Position numbers and translations under genes: made by a program
The notes under the pieces: generated by a model
The model's input: the letters and a program-made list of their open reading frames with translations, nothing else
The model's database searches: none
What the model was told of the DNA's origin: nothing
Shown here: positions 58,894 through 64,000 of the stretch, in pieces
Position numbering within the stretch: position 1 is the stretch's first letter
Layout: every line of letters begins with the position of its first letter
Source: Methanobacteriota archaeon
GTDB lineage: Archaea; Methanobacteriota; Methanobacteria; Methanobacteriales; Methanobacteriaceae
NCBI GenBank assembly: GCA_963787255.1
Contig: CAWBCJ010000029.1
Span: 928,001 to 992,000 of the forward strand
Direction: 5' to 3'
Length of the DNA stretch: 64,000 nucleotides

Positions 58894-59910
58894 ATGATTG
58901 AAATAGATGGATCATATGGAGAAGGTGGAGGGGCCATTGTACGAAATGCAGTAGCACTTTCTGCTTTAACATCAAAGCCGATAAATATAAAAAATATACG
59001 TGCAAACAGACCAAAATCAGGTTTAATGCCTCAGCATTTCAATGCTGTAAAGGCAGTTGCACAATTATCGGGAGCTAAATGCGACAAATTAAATGTAGGA
59101 TCCAGTGAAATTACCTTTAAGCCAGAGAGTATTGAAGGGGGCAAATTTGAAATTGACATCAAAACTGCCGGTAGCATTACTATGGTTCTCCAGGCATTCA
59201 TGATACCGGCGGCATTTGCAGATTCTTCGGTTGAAATTACTATTAAAGGTGGAACCGATGTTAGATGGTCCCCTTCTGTGGACTATTTGCAAAATGTAAC
59301 ACTGAAAATCTTGGAAAAAATGGGATATACTGCAAAGATGGATATAATACGTAGAGGCCATTATCCACGTGGTGGGGGTATCGTAAAGGTTAAAATAAGC
59401 CCTGTTAAGAAATTAAAGCCTTTAAAACTAATTGATCTTGAAGTTGACAAAATAAAAGGATTATCACATGCTGTAAAACTGCCCAAACATGTTGCAGTAA
59501 GGCAAGCAGAAAGTGCAGAAAATTTATTCAAAAAAAATGGATTTGACGCTGAAATTGAAGTTCAGCACTCTGATGATGCTTTAGGGCCGGGATCTGGTAT
59601 TTTTATTTGGAGTGAAGGAAATTCAAGAGTCGGTGGAAGTGCAATTGGTGAACGTGGCTTAAGGGCAGAAAAAGTTGGGGAAAAAGCTGCAAAAGAACTT
59701 CTTTATCATATATCAAAGGGTGCAGCACTTGATAAATATATGGGTGATCAGATTGTTCCATATATGGCAATTGCTGGAAATTCAGAGGTTAAGACTGCAG
59801 AGTTAACTCTTCATGCTGCTACGAATATTTATATTGCAGAAATATTGCTTGGAAAAAAGTTTGATATAAAAGGTAATATGGGAGAAAATGCAATAATTAG
59901 CGTTGATTAG
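58894..59910 (+). CDS. rtcA: RNA 3'-terminal phosphate cyclase
   Basis: IDGSYGEGGG, IRANR, GGTDV, YPRGGG, DQ, LTLH. Confidence 0.95.
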   Translation: MIEIDGSYGEGGGAIVRNAVALSALTSKPINIKNIRANRPKSGLMPQHFNAVKAVAQLSGAKCDKLNVGSSEITFKPESIEGGKFEIDIKTAGSITMVLQAFMIPAAFADSSVEITIKGGTDVRWSPSVDYLQNVTLKILEKMGYTAKMDIIRRGHYPRGGGIVKVKISPVKKLKPLKLIDLEVDKIKGLSHAVKLPKHVAVRQAESAENLFKKNGFDAEIEVQHSDDALGPGSGIFIWSEGNSRVGGSAIGERGLRAEKVGEKAAKELLYHISKGAALDKYMGDQIVPYMAIAGNSEVKTAELTLHAATNIYIAEILLGKKFDIKGNMGENAIISVD

Positions 59911-60577
59911 TTTTTTAATAAATTTATGTGGTTATAAAGTGGCAGCCGAAATTACAATTCTGGGAATTACAATTAATGGTTCTATTGGGATTTTTATTGG
60001 AACTTTTCTAGAAGAAATAATTGCTCCAATTCCATCGGCTCTTGTAATTATGGGAGCAAGTTTTCTTTTAATGCAAAATGTTCCTTTGTCTCTAGCAAGT
60101 GTTCAGTACTTATTTGTGTATATAGTAATTCCTGCAACTATTGGGCTTACTTTAGGCTCTCTTTTTGTCTATTTATTAACCTATTTTATAGGAAAACCAG
60201 TAATTGACCGTTGGGGGAAATATTTAGGTATTTCCTGGGAAGATATTAAAAAAGCGGACAGATTAAGAAAAAATTACGCGGATATACTGGTCCTTTTTAT
60301 TTTAAGGGCGATACCAATAATTCCAAGTGTTGCAATTAATGCATTTTGTGGTTTAATTAAATTTGACTTTAAAAGATATATTATAGCAACATTTTCAGGG
60401 ACGCTTGTACGCGCATTTTTTCTTGGGTTTGTGGGGTGGCAATTTGGGAATGTTTATCAAAGAATAGCTAAAGATATTTCCAATTTAGAACAAATAGTCG
60501 TAATTATTATTATTGTTGCTATTATTGGATTTATTATCTATAAAAAATGGAGAAGTAAAAGAGGTTCATCAATATAA
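59903..60577 (+). CDS. DedA/VTT-domain membrane protein
   Basis: LEEIIAPIPS, LRAIPIIPS, hydrophobic segments. Confidence 0.85.
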   Translation: MISFLINLCGYKVAAEITILGITINGSIGIFIGTFLEEIIAPIPSALVIMGASFLLMQNVPLSLASVQYLFVYIVIPATIGLTLGSLFVYLLTYFIGKPVIDRWGKYLGISWEDIKKADRLRKNYADILVLFILRAIPIIPSVAINAFCGLIKFDFKRYIIATFSGTLVRAFFLGFVGWQFGNVYQRIAKDISNLEQIVVIIIIVAIIGFIIYKKWRSKRGSSI

Positions 60578-60592
60578 ATAAAAAAGATTTAA

Positions 60593-61589
60593 TTATTTTC
60601 CATAATGTTGTTTTTTTAATTCGGGAATGTGTCTGCATTCTCCAGATATAATCTTTCTAAGAGAACCATCTCTAAGTTCTAAAATCAATGCACCTTCTCT
60701 GTTTACGCCTACAGCTTCACCTTTAACAATTTCAGTTCCTTTATTAATTTCTACATTACTTCCAATTGTTTTTGAGTATTTACGCCATTTCTTCAGTATT
60801 TTCTGGAAATTTCCCTGGTTAAATTCGTTGTACATTGCTTCGAAGTTTTCAAGGAATTTTCTAACCAGCATCATGCGAGATATTTCCATATCAAGCTCTG
60901 ATTTAAGAGATGTTGTATGTTCTCTTAATTCTGGAGGTAACTGATCAAGAATCAACATTTGCATCAATTCCAATTCCTGCAATAATATAATCAATTGAAT
61001 CTTTTTCAGTGATTATCTCAGTTAATATCCCACAAACTTTCTTATTTTCTATTAGAATGTCGTTAGGCCATTTGATACCTACTTCAAGTCCATATTCTTC
61101 TTTAATGGTCTTTGCAGCTGCAACACCTGCTGTAAACGTTAATTGTGGGGCATTAATGGGTAAAGTATCTGGTCTAAGGATTATAGACATCCATGCACCA
61201 CCTATAGGTGAAATCCATGGTTTTCCACGTCTTCCTCTTCCCTTCTTTTGTCTTTCTGCTATTACAACCACACCTTCCTGCGCACCTTCCTGGGCCAATC
61301 TCTTTGCAACTTCATTAGTTGAATCCACTTCCCTGAAATAATGAATTTCTTTTCCAATATAACTTGTATTTAAAGCATCCTTGAGTTTATGGGGTAATAT
61401 CAAAGTTAATTCTTCTTTAAGCCGAACTCCACCATCTGGCGAACATTCAATTATATATCCCTCATTTAAAAGTGATTTAACGTGTTTAAATACGCTAGAT
61501 ATGGGAATTTCGAGCTCTAAAGAGATTTGATCAATGAGGATATATTCTCCCTTTTTCTCATAAAGAGTTTCTAGTACTTTATTTTTCAT
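60593..61589 (-). CDS. birA: Biotin-protein ligase with N-terminal HTH, split by a +1 frameshift at 60950-60951
   Basis: DSTN, QKKGRGRRG, KWPND, KVCGIL, GIGI; removing one base gives NVDLDQLP and the C-terminal GALIL domain; next to pycA. Confidence 0.92.
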
Positions 61590-61634
61590 CTTACCACCTC
61601 ATTTACTCAATAATAATTTGAAATGACAATAATA

Positions 61635-63119
61635 TTAGGATTTTTTCGATGCTGCATTTGCCAGGTAACTATTAACAGCTGCAGATACTGCCGCAATCTT
61701 TGGAGAAGGTAAAAATGTTGATTTAAGTCTTGCAGCTCTTTCCTCATCTGTTTTAATCACTTCTGCCATGTGTCCCATAATTTCGTCACGGTACTGATCA
61801 ACAAAGTGGGTGTGAAGCTTTCCCTCTCTGAAATGTTCGCTCAACATCATTGATTTGTGGAAAGGTATTGTTGTCTTAACTCCAAGAATAATATACTCGT
61901 CTAAAGCCCGTTTCATACGTGCTATAGCTTCATTTCTGGTCATTCCATACACTATAAGCTTGGATATCATTGAATCATAATATGGTGGGATAACATAGTT
62001 CATGTAGACTCCGCTGTCAACTCTAACACCTATTCCTCCAGGAGACCGATAACCTGTTATTTTACCTGGATTCGGAGCGAAATCAGCAAGAGGATCTTCA
62101 GCATTTATCCTGCATTCTATGGCATGGCCTTTCACTATAATATCTTCCTGTGAGCAGCAGAGTTCTTTGCCAGCAGCTATATTTAACTGCTGTTTAACTA
62201 GATCTATCCCTGTCACGATCTCTGTAATCGGATGCTCTACTTGTATACGAGTATTCATCTCGAGAAAATAATATTCGCCGTTTGAGTATAAAAATTCTAC
62301 AGTTCCTGCATTTGTATAACCTATTGAAGATGCAGCTCTAACAGCAGTACCACCCATTTCTTCACGCAGTTCTTCAGTCATAATGGGTGATGGAGATTCT
62401 TCTATCAGTTTTTGATGTCTTCTTTGGATTGAACATTCCCTGTCAGCAACATGGATTACATTTCCGTGCTCATCTGCAAGAATCTGGAATTCAATGTGCC
62501 TTGGCTCTTCCACATATTTTTCGATATAAATGGTTGAATCTCCAAATGCCGAGGCTGCTACTGATTGTGTGGATTCAATAGCGCGTACAAGCTCATCTTC
62601 CTCGTAAACTGTACGCATTCCTATTCCGCCGCCTCCAGCAGAAGCTTTAACAATAACCGGATATCCTATGGATTCTGCGATATCAATTGCTTCATCAAGT
62701 TCACTTACTCCTTTAGCAGTACCGGGTACTACAGGAACTCCTGCAGACCGCATTAATTTTTTGGACTCAATCTTGCTCCCCATAGCTTTTATAACGGATC
62801 CTTTAGGTCCAATCAATTTGATGCCATGGGTTTCACATTCTTCTCCAAGTCTGGCATTTTCGGCCAGGAATCCATATCCTGGATGAATTGCTTCAGCACC
62901 ACACTTTTCTGCAACATCGATTATTTTTTCAATATTCAAATAACTTTGTGAAGGGCTGGGGTTTCCTATATTATATGCTTCATCTGCATATTTGGCAAAA
63001 AGTGAGTTGCTATCCGCATCTGAATATACTGCAACACTTTTCACGCCTAATTCTTTACACGCTCTCATAACTCTTATCGCGATTTCACCACGGTTGGCTA
63101 CTAAAACTTTATTAAACAT
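61635..63119 (-). CDS. pycA: Pyruvate carboxylase subunit A (biotin carboxylase)
   Basis: [51 protein letters not shown]. Confidence 0.92.
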   Translation of the reverse strand: MFNKVLVANRGEIAIRVMRACKELGVKSVAVYSDADSNSLFAKYADEAYNIGNPSPSQSYLNIEKIIDVAEKCGAEAIHPGYGFLAENARLGEECETHGIKLIGPKGSVIKAMGSKIESKKLMRSAGVPVVPGTAKGVSELDEAIDIAESIGYPVIVKASAGGGGIGMRTVYEEDELVRAIESTQSVAASAFGDSTIYIEKYVEEPRHIEFQILADEHGNVIHVADRECSIQRRHQKLIEESPSPIMTEELREEMGGTAVRAASSIGYTNAGTVEFLYSNGEYYFLEMNTRIQVEHPITEIVTGIDLVKQQLNIAAGKELCCSQEDIIVKGHAIECRINAEDPLADFAPNPGKITGYRSPGGIGVRVDSGVYMNYVIPPYYDSMISKLIVYGMTRNEAIARMKRALDEYIILGVKTTIPFHKSMMLSEHFREGKLHTHFVDQYRDEIMGHMAEVIKTDEERAARLKSTFLPSPKIAAVSAAVNSYLANAASKKS

Positions 63120-63365
63120 GATATCGCCTCATATTATATACTGCAATACTTTTTAAATCAAGTTTATTAGATTTCATTATAATTTTCTCTGTTTGGCTAA
63201 TATGACTTTAAATAGGATATTGCATCTATTCAATTTATTGAAATCTAATCAATTATCAATAAAATTATCGGATTATAACAATATTGTATATCTATTTTAA
63301 TCTATTTATTTGTATAAATTATATCTTATTAATTGAAAAATAAAAAATAAAAAAATGGATTTGAA

Positions 63366-64000
63366 ATGACGATTGAAAAACCCAAAATAGCTAAAAAAAG
63401 GCATCTTGAGATGATACTTCAAAGTATTCCTTATTATAAATCTCCAAAAGTCCATTTAGAGCAGTATATCACACCCGCTCACATTGCTGCGGATGTTTTG
63501 TGGAACGCTTATTCTTTAGGTGATATTGAAGGTAAAAAAGTTATTGATCTTGGATGTGGTACTGGAGTATTTACAATAGGTGTAGCTTTACTTGATGCTC
63601 GAGAAGTTATAGGTTTAGATATCGATCCAGATGCAATAGAGATTGCAGAAAATCATGCAATAAAGAATGGGGTTATGGATATAATAAAATTTTTTAGAGA
63701 AGATGTTGAAGATTTTGATGATAAAGGAAACACAGTAATTCAAAACCCGCCTTTTGGAGCTCAAAAAGCAGGGACGAAAAATGCAGATAGGATTTTCATG
63801 AAAAAAGCGCTTGAATCCGCCCCGGTAGTATATTCATTCCATATTAAAGAGACTGAGGAATTTGTAGAGAAATATTTTTGTTCTTTAGGGGGTTCTGTTA
63901 CTCATAAGTTTTATTATAGTTTTAGTATACCTAAAATTTATGATTTTCATGAAAAAGAAAGAATAAACGTTGATGTGGTCGTTTTTAGGATAGAAAAGAA
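63366..64000 (+). CDS. METTL5-family SAM-dependent methyltransferase (runs off the window end)
   Basis: Manual translation: LEQYITP, VIDLGCGTG, QNPPFG; frame open to 64000. Confidence 0.88.
   Translation, partial: MTIEKPKIAKKRHLEMILQSIPYYKSPKVHLEQYITPAHIAADVLWNAYSLGDIEGKKVIDLGCGTGVFTIGVALLDAREVIGLDIDPDAIEIAENHAIKNGVMDIIKFFREDVEDFDDKGNTVIQNPPFGAQKAGTKNADRIFMKKALESAPVVYSFHIKETEEFVEKYFCSLGGSVTHKFYYSFSIPKIYDFHEKERINVDVVVFRIEK

Overview
AT-rich archaeal chromosomal DNA from a Methanobacteriales methanogen, most likely Methanobacterium (two HMf-type histones, F420-dependent NADP reductase, archaeal ribosomal and RNA polymerase genes, GGAGGTGA-type SD sequences). Most of the window is core genome: an iorAB-ACT-paaK-sodium:solute symporter aryl-acid cluster, aroD/aroE, sucD-hmgA, HARP-hisS-hisI-PINA, fno-hxlB-endA-trpS-thrC, the rpl7ae to argH translation operon, ABCE1-radB-sua5-pgsA, NYN-SelA-like-rtcA and birA-pycA. 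A small accessory block at about 6.2-10.4 kb holds an AHL-lactonase-like metallo-beta-lactamase, an orphan PAS histidine kinase and a Cys-rich ArsR-like regulator. Best candidate for an undescribed system: a 30-aa CCGPKGC peptide gene missing from the ORF track, with its own SD and terminator, transcribed divergently from that regulator across a triple repeated operator-like motif. Also seen: a kink-turn over the rpl7ae SD, a long hairpin upstream of the symporter, an eroded DUF86/HEPN pseudogene, and six frameshifted core genes that share one strand-biased A-to-AA signature (probably a sequencing artefact). No tRNA, rRNA, CRISPR array, transposase or intein was recognised. All family assignments come from motif recognition, not from database searches.
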